From positions 17,980,001 to 18,044,000 of the forward strand of contig CM059438.1 in NCBI GenBank assembly GCA_030390025.1: a stretch of 64,000 nucleotides of DNA, in the 5' to 3' direction. Origin of the DNA: Squalus acanthias. Its lineage: Eukaryota. This document shows positions 13,122 to 25,038 of this stretch, in pieces (positions within the stretch are counted from its first letter, which is position 1; each line of letters starts with the position of its first letter). The notes under the pieces were generated by a model. That model saw only the letters and a list, made by a program, of their open reading frames with translations, was not told the DNA's origin and ran no database searches. A program made the position numbers and the translations under genes.

Positions 13122-13325
13122 CGGTGTCGACTTGTCTGCTTTCTTGCATCTCTGTAGATATGTAGTCGTCTGCCATTGTACGCTACACATGCATTGTTCT
13201 CTATCTATATATGCTTTATCGATTTGTATTCCTTTACTTCACCTGACGAAGGAGCAGCGCTCCGAAAGCTTGTGATTTCAAATAAAACTGTTGGACTATA
13301 ACCTGGTGTTGTGCGACTTCTCACT
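13122..13325 (+). mobile_element. Penelope-like terminal repeat insertion, family A
   Basis: 204-bp insert absent from the paralogous LINE at about 29580; 11-bp TSD ATCTACAAGGC (13111-13121, 13326-13336); about 165 bp shared with 60051-60495. Confidence 0.85.
13239..13275 (+). ncRNA. Minimal type I hammerhead ribozyme motif
   Basis: TCAC-CTGACGA-A-GGAGC(AGC)GCTCC-GAAA-GC-TT-GTGA: intact core, 5-bp stem II, 4-bp stem I, palindromic AAGCTT at stem III. Confidence 0.8.
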
Positions 13326-15433
13326 ATCTACAAGGCACAAGTAAGGAGTGTGATGGAATACTCTCCACTTGCCTGGATGAGTGCAGCTCCAACAACAACA
13401 CAAGAAGCTCGACACCATCTCGGACAAAGTAGCCCGCTTGATTGGCACCCCATCCACCACCTTAAACATTCACTCCCTTCACCACCGGCGTACCGTGGCT
13501 GCAGTGTGTACCATCTACAAGATGCACTGCAGGAACTCGCCAAGGTTTCTTCGGCAGCACCTCCCTAACCCGCGACCTCTTCCACCTAGAAGGACAAGGG
13601 CAGCAGACGCATGGGAACACCATCACCTCCAAGTTCCCCTCCAAGTCACACACCATCCTGACTTAGAAGTATATCGCCGATCCTTCATCGTCGCTGGGTC
13701 AAAATCCTGGAACTCCCTCCCTAACATCACCGTGGAAGTACTTTCACCACACGGACTGCAGCCGTTCCAGAAGGCAGGCTCACCACCACCTTCTCAAGGG
13801 CAATTAGGGATGGGCAATAAATGCTGGCCTTGCCAGCGACGCCCACATCCCATAAAACGAATTAAAAAAATAATTAGAGTTTGTTGCCTGATCTTGGATG
13901 AAAGGTTTTACTGGCCTCTGAAATTTCAAGAGTAGTTGCAGATTAGGAGTTGTAACAAGTTCATCCAGAGCCAAGCTGTGCCATTGAGTGAAAGGATACA
14001 TGTTTCCCCTACCGCCATAGAGACTTAATCATGCAGTGAGTTTTCCTTATCTCCGCCAGCAAACTAGGAACGAATGTGTTTTTTAAATACCCTGTTGAAA
14101 CTATGCATGACCAAGCACACGTTTCGCGTCAGCAGACTGGGTGTAAGCGACCTGCCGACAGTCTGACATTGGGTTGTGATATCAAGAGTGGACTTATCAC
14201 CAGGTACCACCATGACCAGAACGACTGGAAAATCAGGCCCTTGTTTGGTAGGCTTTTGTGATGAGGCATTAGCAATGCCTGAGCTTCACTCTCAGAGCTC
14301 CGTCTAGCTATTACAGATTTTCCAGAGCTGATATAAAACACCTCATACTTGTCCTGAACCATTAATCAGTTTACTTATCCTAACTGCACTTTTTAAGCAC
14401 ACACTCAATCTCTCAGATGTGAAAATATTTCTGGGGAGCTAAAAATGCAATTTTTCGGAAATCCTAACGGGAGGGTACCCAGGTATATGACTGATTGCTA
14501 AACTTGCTGTACTTTTTGATTTCCTTAATGAGGGATAAACTTTAGATTTTTTTTTCAATCATCTTCTCTCCTGTGATACTTTTGAAGATGAGGTTGCAGA
14601 TTGTGGTGGTATATAGTTCTGTTGATGCCCAACAGCACCTCATGCATGCCCAGTTTTGGGGCTGATGGATCTGTGCTTAGTCTACCCCACTTAATACCGC
14701 AGTAGTGCCACATTATACTACTGTTCTAAAACCTCCAACTCATTGTGAACAACATCACAGGATTGTGTGTGTAATAACAGGACTACTTCCCCTTATTTTG
14801 GGGCATTATATTAAACTGTTAAATTTAAGGTCATTAGAGTCTGACCATTCTTTAGGTAAAATATGAGACATTATTTCCTGTTTAATAATGGTATAAACCC
14901 CAAAACATTTGTCCTTGCAAAATTACCAGCTTTATGCTATCCATTATTATAAATTTACAGTGTTGGAAAATATGTGTATCTTTTGAAAAGGTTAAGTAAA
15001 TGTCAAGATGTTTCACCCACTGAAACACTTCAAACAGCGAAATGCTTCTTGTGAAAGTCGAAAGAGCATAGTCTATGGTATTGTCTAGGAGATGGTTTGC
15101 TTGAGAAAAACAGTATAAGTGCTAATTTCACAACCAGACCGTCACAATGCTGAGTTCCTGGGCTATTCAGTGCACAAATCTGCCAGCTCAGTAGCAGTTT
15201 TATTTAGTAACTTAGATACCTGACCATTCTGCTTTAAGAGACTAACATTGTTTGTGCAGCCCATCAAGCTGGCTGTCCATAAATTTGTATTGGTGCATAT
15301 ATTGACTGTCCAGACATTAGTTCTTAGACAGTGAAAGTTGTTAAGGCAGAAAGTTGTGTCAATTATTAAATATGCAATTGTAATCCTATCTGATTCATAA
15401 AAATAGAAAAAGGAAAATGTGCTGAAATTCATG

Positions 15434-16154
15434 TGCCTGGATATTAACAGGAGCGGGTTACATACGCTGGGGGTGGCGATGTTTCGGACGGGAAATCCGG
15501 AAGTCCACGTTTCCCTGCATGCTGTGGAGTTTTAACTCCAGAGTGTGTGTCTTTGTCATTGACAGGTACCCCGCCCAGAAGTCGGCCTGATTGACAGTCT
15601 TGGCTTCCAGTCAGGCGTTGGGGGGTGGGAGCTGATCCTGGGGTGGGGGGGGGGGGGCGCCTAATTCTTGAACCCAGGGGAGGGTCCAATTGTAGGGGGG
15701 GCTCTTTGAATTGGGGAGGAGCTTGGGGGGCCGGGGCAAAGCATTCCTGCTCCTCCTGGCCCAAAAAGGGGGGTCTGATCCCCGACCCCGGGAGGGTGAT
15801 CCCGGGGGTCAGTGAATGATGGGCGGGGGTAGCTTGGGGGGCCAGGTGGAAGCACTCCTTCTCTTCCTGGCGCACAAGCAGTGCTGTAAAGGCAATTACC
15901 TTCTCCCCGAAGCTGTCCTTGCCTCTCTTCAGCTGTCGGGTTTCCCGAGGCCTGGGAAACCCGGCCGCCCATTGTAAAACCGGCAAAGCGGGTTAAATCA
16001 GAGGCTGCTAGCCTCCTTAAAATATTTAAATTGCCCGCATCTTGCCCCGCCTCCGTTAAACCCGGGTTTAACTTGGGGTTGGGTTTGAGATTTTAAAATT
16101 TTGACATCTGACCTGACCCCACCCTACCCGTTTCTGGCTGTTAAAATTCAACCC
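15434..16154. mobile_element. GC-rich Harbinger-like MITE
   Basis: Imperfect TIRs CTGGATATTAACAG / CTGTTAAAATTCAACCC; internal duplicated GC-rich unit; related to 63666-64000. Confidence 0.55.
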
Positions 16155-16881
16155 ATTGTCCCTATTTGGGTATCTCCTTGGGAGACGATGTGAAGGTGGT
16201 CTGCTCCCAGGCCCATATTACTCTTTAATTAGCTACAAGTGTCAATTGGGATAATTCACAGTCACAATTATATTTTTAACCTTCCCTTCCATTGGAAAGT
16301 GTCCAGACTCCACTCGTGCCCTCCTCACTGCAACAAAGTACAGCTGAAATTGGGATTCACTGTGCAGAGAAGTATGGTTGCAAACCCATGTTCTGCCATG
16401 TACCAAGTCACTTTGACAAAAAACTTCTACATTCTTAACAGCTGATCAACTTTCTTTAAGTTTCTAAATGAATATAAATGCAATATTAATATTTACTTTC
16501 TAAATTAAGATACATTTCATACTACGGCCTGTATGCTTTTGTTGAACCTGATGTATTTTTCATGCATAATGTTGTGCAAGATAGTATGTTGCTGTGCTGT
16601 TCACAGGACACTTGTTAAGTGTCATATAAAGAAAATATACAGGAAGCAAAAGTAAATCAAGAACTCGCCTGTTAGCAGAATATTTGCAAACTGCAGGATT
16701 AATTTTCGAATCCTTTTCAGCAGATGAGCTTTCAGTGCATCAGGTTATTTCTGGGTGTTTGTAGCGCCGTCTTTTCACACAGAATCGGAATGTGCGATAA
16801 TTGCATAATTCACAATCTTTCTACTTTGAAAATGTATTAATTTCCTGTCACAGAGAATTGATCGGGTTTAAGCATAAATGA

Positions 16882-17088
<207 letters not shown>

Positions 17089-17255
17089 TAAAGATATTAG
17101 GGTGTTGTGCCTGGACACTTGAGTGCCTAGGTTAGACAAGGTTTGAAAAGTCTGTTAAATTTCTACCCAATCTCCACAGATGGTTGGGGACAGGGTTAGA
17201 GCAATTATTTAGGAAACTGCCTTTCTAAGAAAATGGCACCTTGAGAGGTCACATG

Positions 17256-17400
17256 CAGTGTTCCCCCCTAAGATCCACGGCCGCGCACCAATTGGGAGGT
17301 CCCGCGCAGGCCGCTCACCAGCTGCTGCCACTGGAAAAGATACCGCGCATGCGCGGCAAATTTAAAGGGACCGTGCACCCAAAAAAATGAGGGAACATTG
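17256..17400. mobile_element. hAT-type MITE (145 bp)
   Basis: TIR CAGTGTTCCC / GGGAACATTG; 8-bp TSD GTCACATG/GTCACGTG. Confidence 0.8.
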
Positions 17401-17934
17401 GTCACGTGATCTACCCCAGCTCTAGATCATATCTTCAGGGTTACTTCTTTCCATTGTTTCCTACTATAATATGTTTTAATTGAATATTAACTTTCCTATA
17501 AAATATTTCAAATCTTCTCCTATGGTCCAAGAGCATTTGTAGATATTGTTCAAGTTGTTCATGTTTGATTTGTAGGTTTAGCAAATTTATTGCAACACAA
17601 TACATATCAAAGCCTGGCCTAACCTAAATGACTCGGGCCAACCTCCCCTGTGACGGCCTGGTCAAATCCCGCTGAGGCTGCTTTAGGGTGTGGGCACCTG
17701 CCTGGTGTACATATCCGATTAACCTTGAATGTATTTTGGGTACAGCCCATCTGGAACTTTGTTGGATGTACTCTGGTATTGTTTTTTGTTAGCTGTATCC
17801 TGGTATTTCTGTCTCTGTGGACAGATGTGAGTTTTCAGTCATATAAATTGAACTTTTCCTTTTCTGTGTGGAACTAATTATTAACAGTGATAACAGGAAC
17901 AGTAAAAAAAAAGACACAAAAAGCAACAGCACTG

Positions 17935-18350
17935 AGTTAGCTTGGCTCAGTTGGTAACATATTATGACCACAGAGTCAGAAGATTGTGGATTTGTGCCAC
18001 AGATCGAATGAGTAATCGAGCTTGACACTCCAATTCTAAGGGAATGCTGAATTGGTGGTGATGCTGTCCTTTAGATGAGATATTAAACAAAGGCTCCATC
18101 GGCCTGTTTTGGTGGCTCAGTTGGGCATTAAAGCCCCAGGACACGATTGAAGAGCAGGGATTGAAGACTAGTATCCTCGCCAATATTTCCTCCCTCAGTC
18201 AATACCAACCAAACACAGGCTAAACTGTTCTTTCATCTCATTGTGAGAGATTTCTAACACAGTGACTGTTATGTTTGCCTACAGTCACTGTACTTCAAAC
18301 TAAGTGCTTTGAGATGTTTTGGTGTGATAAGGCACCAGATAAACACTAGT
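17935..18350 (+). mobile_element. Decayed DeuSINE-like element
   Basis: TGGCTCAGTTGG head and colinear similarity to 10733-11198 (GATGAGATATTAAAC, GCCAATATTT). Confidence 0.6.
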
Positions 18351-19379
18351 ATCAGTTATTACATAAATCCATTAATTCTATTTTATAAGTATTCAAAGCT
18401 CACTCAAACATTTATATTTGTAAATTCATGAGTCATAAATACTGTGAAACATATTGAAACGGTATTAAATAATGTTTTAATTTTATTCAATTTGCAATAT
18501 CTTATCAGCTTAATGTTCATGATATATTTACACAAGAAATCCGGGTGAATGATATTACAAATTGATCATAAATTGAAGCAGAAATAGAAAGCAGACTGTG
18601 GGAGTTGAGTTGAGTTTTAATATATAGCCAAAAATTAAAAATATATGAATGGGTTAATATCAATTTTGTGTATGCTAATTTTTGTCTTTCATTTTAATGT
18701 TGATTATTAATTGCACATTAAAAAAAACTTCTCAATTTAGTATAACTGCAATGTTCTGTGGTACAGTCTAGATCAAGAAATAATCTTTTTTTTTAGATTT
18801 CAGGGGAGCAAATGTTAATCCAATAACTGTTGAACGAAGCCAGGCATGATGGAAAGAATGTTGAGGAAAAGGGAAAACAAAAACCAACAATGGATGTGTT
18901 CAAAGTTATGGTGAAAACTAAACGCATACTATATAGAAAAAGTTAATATCAAAACTTAGACTTAAATAGAGATCAGTGTAAATGGAGCATGGAGCAGCTT
19001 AGTGTACAAAAAAAACTCTGAACAGTGTTCACAAGTTTAAAATGTCACAGGACTATTCTCAGCCTCTAAGCTTTGTCCCATGCTCAGAGTATGTGATTAC
19101 GCCTTATTCTCTTCAGACATAACCTATACAAACCTCCCTCCCAAACCAAGACCAAAACTGCAAAATTCGGGAGAATGGGAGGAAAGGAAATGTTATGCAT
19201 CATCTTTTCTGTGAACATTAACTTGGCACGTCAGTAACCTGGAAACACTTTGGTAGATTGTAACTAAAATTCAAAACGGGCATCGACAGTTTAAGGCTTC
19301 ATTCGATTTTAACGAGACATAAAATGCTAAATTTTAACAATATAGCATTAGAGGCACATGTAAAACTAAATTGTACCAT

Positions 19380-19618
19380 TGTGGCGGATCGCCACCTAAA
19401 ACGGGCATAATCCACTCTTCCGTCTGTGGACAAATTTCCAGCACCTTCCCTTTAAGGCACCTTACCGTTAAGGCAGGAGGGGGCGGGGCCTCAGGATTTA
19501 CCCAGAGAATTCTGGGGGCTTTTCGGTTCTGCCATTTTGTGCCATGCTGTGATTAAAAAGTCTCTTGTTTAACACAAATGGATTCAGCCTTAATTCGTGT
19601 TTCGCGGCAGCCTCAACA
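19380..19618 (+). repeat. 5' LTR (239 bp)
   Basis: Direct repeat of 23458-23675; contains GC box GGGGCGGGGC and ATTAAA at 19552-19557. Confidence 0.95.
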
Positions 19619-19619
19619 T

Positions 19620-19633
19620 TGGTGACCCCGACG
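19620..19633 (+). promoter_or_regulatory. Primer binding site complementary to the tRNA-Trp 3' end
   Basis: TGGTGACCCCGACG begins after a 1-nt spacer following the 5' LTR. Confidence 0.85.
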
Positions 19634-19658
19634 CTCAGAACGTATTCCGAGCACTGCA

Positions 19659-20330
19659 ATGGCGGACACGAACGCAGTTTCCGTGAAACTGCCGGAGTTT
19701 TGGGAAAACCAGCCCGAAGCCTGGTTTCTCCAAGCTGAATCTCGCTTCCGGCTGCAAAATATCACCGCAGATGGGACGAAGTACGACTATCTCGTCACAT
19801 CACTCGGTAGCGCCGCAGTTTCCAAGGTTTGGACAACGCTGCAGAACCCACCAGAGGAAGGCAAGTACGCACATCTCAAGACAGCGCTCCTTAAAAAATT
19901 TACGGCCTCGGCATATCAGCGAAACTGCCACCTCCTCACCGTCAGACCTCCTCTCCCACATGCTCTCCCTCACCGACGAGAGCCCACCCGGATCCCTCTT
20001 CCGCACGCTGTTCATCCGCCAGCTCCCTCTCCGCATCCGCCCAGCGATCGTGGCGTCGGGCCTCACGAACCTGGAAGCCCTGGCCGATGAGGCCGACAAG
20101 CTGCTGTCCGCTCACTCCAGCCGTGACGTCACTCCAGACCTGGCAGCCAATGCCTGGGCGCGCCCCTCACCGGCCAGCACGCGGCCACAAGGGCCTGTCA
20201 CCAGGCCCACGGGGCCTTCACGCCCCACTAACCCGGGCCACTGTTACTACCACGCACGGTTCGGCGCCAGGGCACAACGGTGCACACCTCCCTGCTCTTT
20301 CAAGTCCGCCCCCGTTCCAGCCCCCGCGAT
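19659..20330 (+). pseudogene. gag: gag, frameshifted near 19938
   Basis: N-terminal VKLPEFWENQPEAWF; continues in another frame with PSDLLSHML...CYYHARFGARAQRCTPPC (C-X2-H-X9-C-X3-C). Confidence 0.85.
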
Positions 20331-23300
20331 GGCCGTGGGCCACGCGGGCTCCCTGCTGTTCGTCACGGATGACAAAACCGGACGCCGGTTCCTGTGCGAC
20401 AATGGGGCTCAGCACAGCATCATCCCGGCCTCCTCCCTCGACATCCAAAAGGGCGAACGAGGACCGGCGCTGGCTGCTGCTAACGGCTAGGAAATCCAGA
20501 CGTATGGCACCCGGACAGTCACCCTCGACCTCGCTGGTCACCACTACCGATGGGAGTTCATCACTGCCAAGGTGCTCTCCCCCCCTCATCGGCGCAGATT
20601 TCCTGTGCGCCCGCGGCCTACTGATAGACATCCCTCGTCACCGCCTCGTGGACATGAACACCATGTCCCCCATCCTGGGCGCCATGGCCCCTCGTCAACC
20701 TGCCGACATGGCGTCACAGTGCCACGCCCGGGCCACGGATGACTACTCGGCATTCCTGGCCGAATTCCCGGCCCTTACCAATCTAAACCTTCTCTGCGGA
20801 GGCCGCCAAACACGGGGTGGAACACTTCATCCCCACCACAGGCCCCCCAGTGTACGCCCACGCCCGCAGGCTGGACCCGGCCAAACTGGAGATCGCGCGG
20901 ACCAAGTTTGCCACCATGGAACAGCTCGGCATCATCCGCCGCTCCAACAGTCCCTGGGCCTCCCCACTCCACATCGCCCCCAAACCAGGCGGAGGTTGGC
21001 GCCCCTGCGGGGATTACCGCCGCCTCAATGACGCCACCACCCCTGATCGGTACCCCGTGCCGCACATTCAGGACTTCTCGGCTAGACTGGCCGGCCGCTC
21101 AGTCTTTTCCAAGGTCGACCTGGTGCGCGGCTACCACCAAGTCCCCGTCCACCCCGCGGACGTCCCCAAGACGGCCGTAATCACCCCCTTTGGCCTGTTC
21201 GAGTTCCTGCGGATGCCCTTCGGCCTCAAAAACGCGGCCCAGGCATTCCAACGGCTCATGGACTCGGTCCTTCGGGACCTGAAGTTCCTGTTCGTCTACC
21301 TGGACGACATCCTGGTAGCCAGTTCCTCCAAGCAGGAACACCTTCGCATCCTGTTCGGGCGCCTCAGCGACCACGGGCTCATCCTCAGCCCAGCCAAATG
21401 CCAGTTCGACCTGGACAAGATCGACTTCCTCGGCCACCACATCACCCATGCTGGGGCCATTCCCCTGCCCACCAAGGTGCAGGCCGTCCAACAATTTCCC
21501 CGCCCCACCACCATCAAAGGCCTCCAGGAGTTCCTCGGGATGGTGAATTTCTATAACCGCTTCATCCCCAAAGCGGCGTCCCTCATGAGGCCCCTGTATG
21601 AAGCCCTCCGGGGCAGGAGCGGCAAGATGGCGGTCGAATGGACGGCAGACGCGTCCGCCGCCTTCGATTCCACCAAGACCGCGCTCGCCAACACCACCCT
21701 GCTCGCGCACCCACGGCCCAATGCCAGGGTAGCGCTCACCACGGACGCCTCCGACCACGAGGTCGGCGCCGTGTATGAGCAGTGGGTCGACGGCGCCTGG
21801 CAACCACTTGCCTTCTTCAGCCGCCAACTACGCCCCCCGGAGGTCAAGTACAGCACCTTCGACCGCGAGCTCCTCGCGCTGTTCCTGGCGGTCCGCCATT
21901 TCCGGTTTTTGCTTGAGGGCCACCCCTTCACTGCGTTTGTCGACCACAAGCCCCTGACATTCGCAATGGCAAAGACAACCGACCCCTGGTCCGCCAGGCA
22001 GCAGCGCCAGCTCGCGGCAGTGTCCGAGTTCACCACGGACATCCAACACGTCTCCGGCCGAGACAATGTGGTAGCCGACTGCCTCTCCCGCCCCGCCATC
22101 CATGCCGCACACCTAGCAGTTGACTACGCTCAACTCGCAGCAGACCAGATCACCGACCCTGATCTGCTCTCCGCACCCACCAACCTACCAGGGCTACACC
22201 TGGCCGACGTCGCCTGTGGCCCGACCGCAGTCACGGTCAAGTGCGACATATCCCTATGTCAACCTCGGCCCGTCGTCCCAGCGTCCTGGCGCCGCCGGGT
22301 ATTCGACATTCTCCACAACCTCTCCCACCCCGGCGCCCGCGCATCCATCAAATTGGTAGCCAACCGCTTCGTCTGGCGCGGCCTTCGCAAGGATGTGCGT
22401 ACTTGGGCCAACTCCTGCCTAGCCTGCCAACGGGCCAAGGTACAGCAACACACGAAAGCACCCCTCGAGGAGTTTACCGTCCCCTCGCGGAGATTCGACC
22501 ACATCCACGTGGACATCGTCGGGCCCCTGCCGCCGTCGCAAGGCCACACGCACTTGCTGACCATCGTTGACCGCACCACACGCTGGCCTGAGGCAATTCC
22601 ACTGACCTCTACCACCACCGCCGACATCGCCAGAGCCTTCGTCACACCTGGGTCGCACGGTTCGGCGTCCCCTCCAACATGACTTCGGACAGAGGTCCGC
22701 AATTTACCTCTGAACTCTGGACCGCCGTCGCACGCAATCTCGGGGTGACCATTCACCGCACCACAGCGTACCACCCCCAAGCCAATGGACTGTGTGAGCG
22801 GTTCCACAGATCCTTGAAGGCATCTCTTCGAGCCAGCCTCCAAGACGGCGCCTGGACCGACCGACTTCCGTGGGTCCTCCTCGGCCTGCGCACCGCGGTT
22901 AAAGAAGACCTCCACGCATCGGCAGCAGAGCTCGTGTATGGTCAGCCGCTGCGCGTACCCGGCGCGCTCCTGCCCACCGCCACGACACCCTGGTCAGCCG
23001 ACCAGCAACGCCACGACTTCGCCTCACCGGCGCTGCAGTTCGCCCCGGTGCCCATTGCCCGACACGGCGAATCCACCTCACACGTCCCACTAAGCCTGCA
23101 CCAGGCACGGTTTGTTTTCGTCAGGCACGATGCCCACCGCGGACCCCTTCAACCCCCGTACGACGGGCCCTACAAGGTGCTACAGGCTGGGGACAAATTT
23201 TTCACCCTGCAAGTGGGCGACAGGACCGAAAAAGTGTCGGTGGACCGACTCAAGCCAGCACACTCGGAGCCCGGTGAGCAGGTCCCTGTAACTCGTCCAC

Positions 23301-23437
23301 CTCCACGCGGCCGACCTGCCCTCAAGCCGGTTCACCCGGCTGCTCCACGCCCGGCCGTTCCATGTCCACCGGCGTCCTACAAGAGCCGCTCCGGCCGGCC
23401 CATCAGACCGCCGCACCGTCTCGTCCACACCTCCTAA
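20331..23437 (+). pseudogene. pol: pol (protease-RT-RNase H-integrase), disrupted
   Basis: Protease FLCDNGA and IGADFL; RT MPFGLKNA and YLDD (21297-21308); RNase H TDAS and DRELLA; integrase HHCC, SDRG and GPY; TAG at 20488 and frameshifts near 20580, 20780 and 22645. Confidence 0.92.
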
Positions 23438-23457
23438 GTGGATTCTGGGGGGAGCTG

Positions 23458-23675
23458 TGTGGCGGATCGCCACCTAAAACGGGCATAATCCACTCTTCCG
23501 TCTGTGGACAAATTTCCAGCACCTTCCCTTTAAGGCACCTTACCTTTAAGGCAGGAGGGGGCGGGGCCTCAGGTTTTACCCAGAGAATTCTGGGGGCTTT
23601 TCGGTTCTGCCATTTTGTCTCTTGTTTAACACAAATGGATTCAGCCTTAATTCGTGTTTCGCGGCAGCCTCAACA
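23458..23675 (+). repeat. 3' LTR (218 bp)
   Basis: Differs from the 5' LTR by 2 substitutions and a 21-bp deletion. Confidence 0.95.
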
Positions 23676-24775
23676 CCATCATATTTGACAGATAAATGGA
23701 ACAACGTTATGAACATTATCTCAATTGGTTCATGTTTTCATTTTTAGATCTTTGTGCACTTTCTTATTGCATTTGGATTTTTACGTTCATTCTATTCTCA
23801 AACAACATCAATCCTGTGGAGATTTGTTGTGTTGCTTTTTGTGGCCAATTTATGTGAATTTGACTTTTTTTGCTGCAGATTAGTTCAGTTTTAATTTGAA
23901 CGTATTTCCATCCTGATTCTTTCTACTTCATGAGGGGAAAATCAGATGGTGGGCTGATTGTCCTAAAACCCATCCGTTTCTGCTTGCTGACACAGCTGGG
24001 AGCCTTGCTCAAATCAATCTTATCCAGTTGTATCCCCTTCAGTATTTTGCTGGTGTCCCAACAACACCAATGCTGGGTAGGGTTGGCGGGGGGAGCGGTG
24101 GTATTTGCAAGTTTGCTGGAACTGTTCTTAAATATACTGCGTTAGTCACAAGCTCCCTTTGAGCCAGCACAGCTAGATTTATGGCAGTGTGTCAGGGAAA
24201 TTGGGTCAGGGATTTGTTTTGGCGACCACATTTTTTTCAACTTCAAGTCTATTCACTAATTTAAATGGAAGTACGTGCCGTGTATACATAGAGGCAAACG
24301 GCAGGAAAAATTACAATCGTGTTCCCAGTATGTCCCAGTCTAATAAGTACATTAAGTTATCACTCTGGTATATACACGGGCAGTTGCTGCCAACTGAGGA
24401 TCCATAATTTCTTTAAATGTTCTCCATTCCAGTTTACAGTCTACTCAATTCAAAGTTGTTTAATTCAAATTACCTGACAATTCAACGTTTTAGCACTAAA
24501 TTCACACTTTGCTCTGCCTACCCCCCTTGCCCATAGAAAGTGAATGGCCTGGAGAGACCTGTTTGGAGCGAAAGATAAAGGGGATTTCACACCTTCATAA
24601 TAGAAGTGTAATTGTATGTGTCTCTCTTGCCAATTCAAAATGCTCTATTGTACTAGAAAAATTAAAATTTCTCACCTAAAATAAATGATATTTGTATATA
24701 CGAGTCTTCTGTAGTATTTATCAATACAGGAACTAAAAAAAAAAATTCCCATGCCTTTCTGCTGTACATTTTATG

Positions 24776-24927
24776 TCATAGAGTCATAGAGTTATACAGC
24801 ACAGAAAGAGGCCCTTCGGCCCATCGTGTCCGCGCCGGCCATCAAGCCCTATCTATTCTAATCCCATTCTCCAGCACTTGGTCCATAGCCTTGTATGCTA
24901 TGGCGTTTCAAGTGCTCATCTAAATGT
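24776..24927 (-). mobile_element. CR1 LINE 3' tail
   Basis: TCATAGAG repeats followed by GGCCCTTCGGCCCATCGTGTCCG; similar to 42284-42440. Confidence 0.7.
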
Positions 24928-25038
24928 CCTGATTTAGAAAATTATTTACATTGTTTATATGGCTCAGAAAACAAAAGTGATTATTAATTATGAATCTTCA
25001 TGGGAGACATTGCAAGAATAATACATTAAAAACATATT

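Larger units (their letters stand above)
13000..13870 (+). mobile_element. HER1-like LINE 3' part, interrupted by a Penelope-type insert
   Basis: Colinear with 29470-30100; translation LSTIYKAQVRSVMEYSPLAW...WNSLPN. Confidence 0.85.
19380..23675 (+). mobile_element. Full-length Ty3/Gypsy LTR retrotransposon, CsRn1/kabuki-like, inactivated
   Basis: TG...CA LTRs, 4-bp TSD CCAT (19376-19379, 23676-23679), tRNA-Trp PBS, PPT GGGGGGAG, gag-PR-RT-RH-IN order, CHCC Gag knuckle. Confidence 0.95.

Noticed and set aside
15444-15986. 180-aa Pro-rich ORF
   Set aside because: Lies in a GC-rich MITE with G runs; no domain or splice support.
19800-23473. Multiple long minus-strand and alternate-frame ORFs (up to 314 aa) within the LTR element
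   Set aside because: Mostly shadow ORFs of GC-rich pol sequence; apart from frameshifted protease pieces they contain no independent domains.
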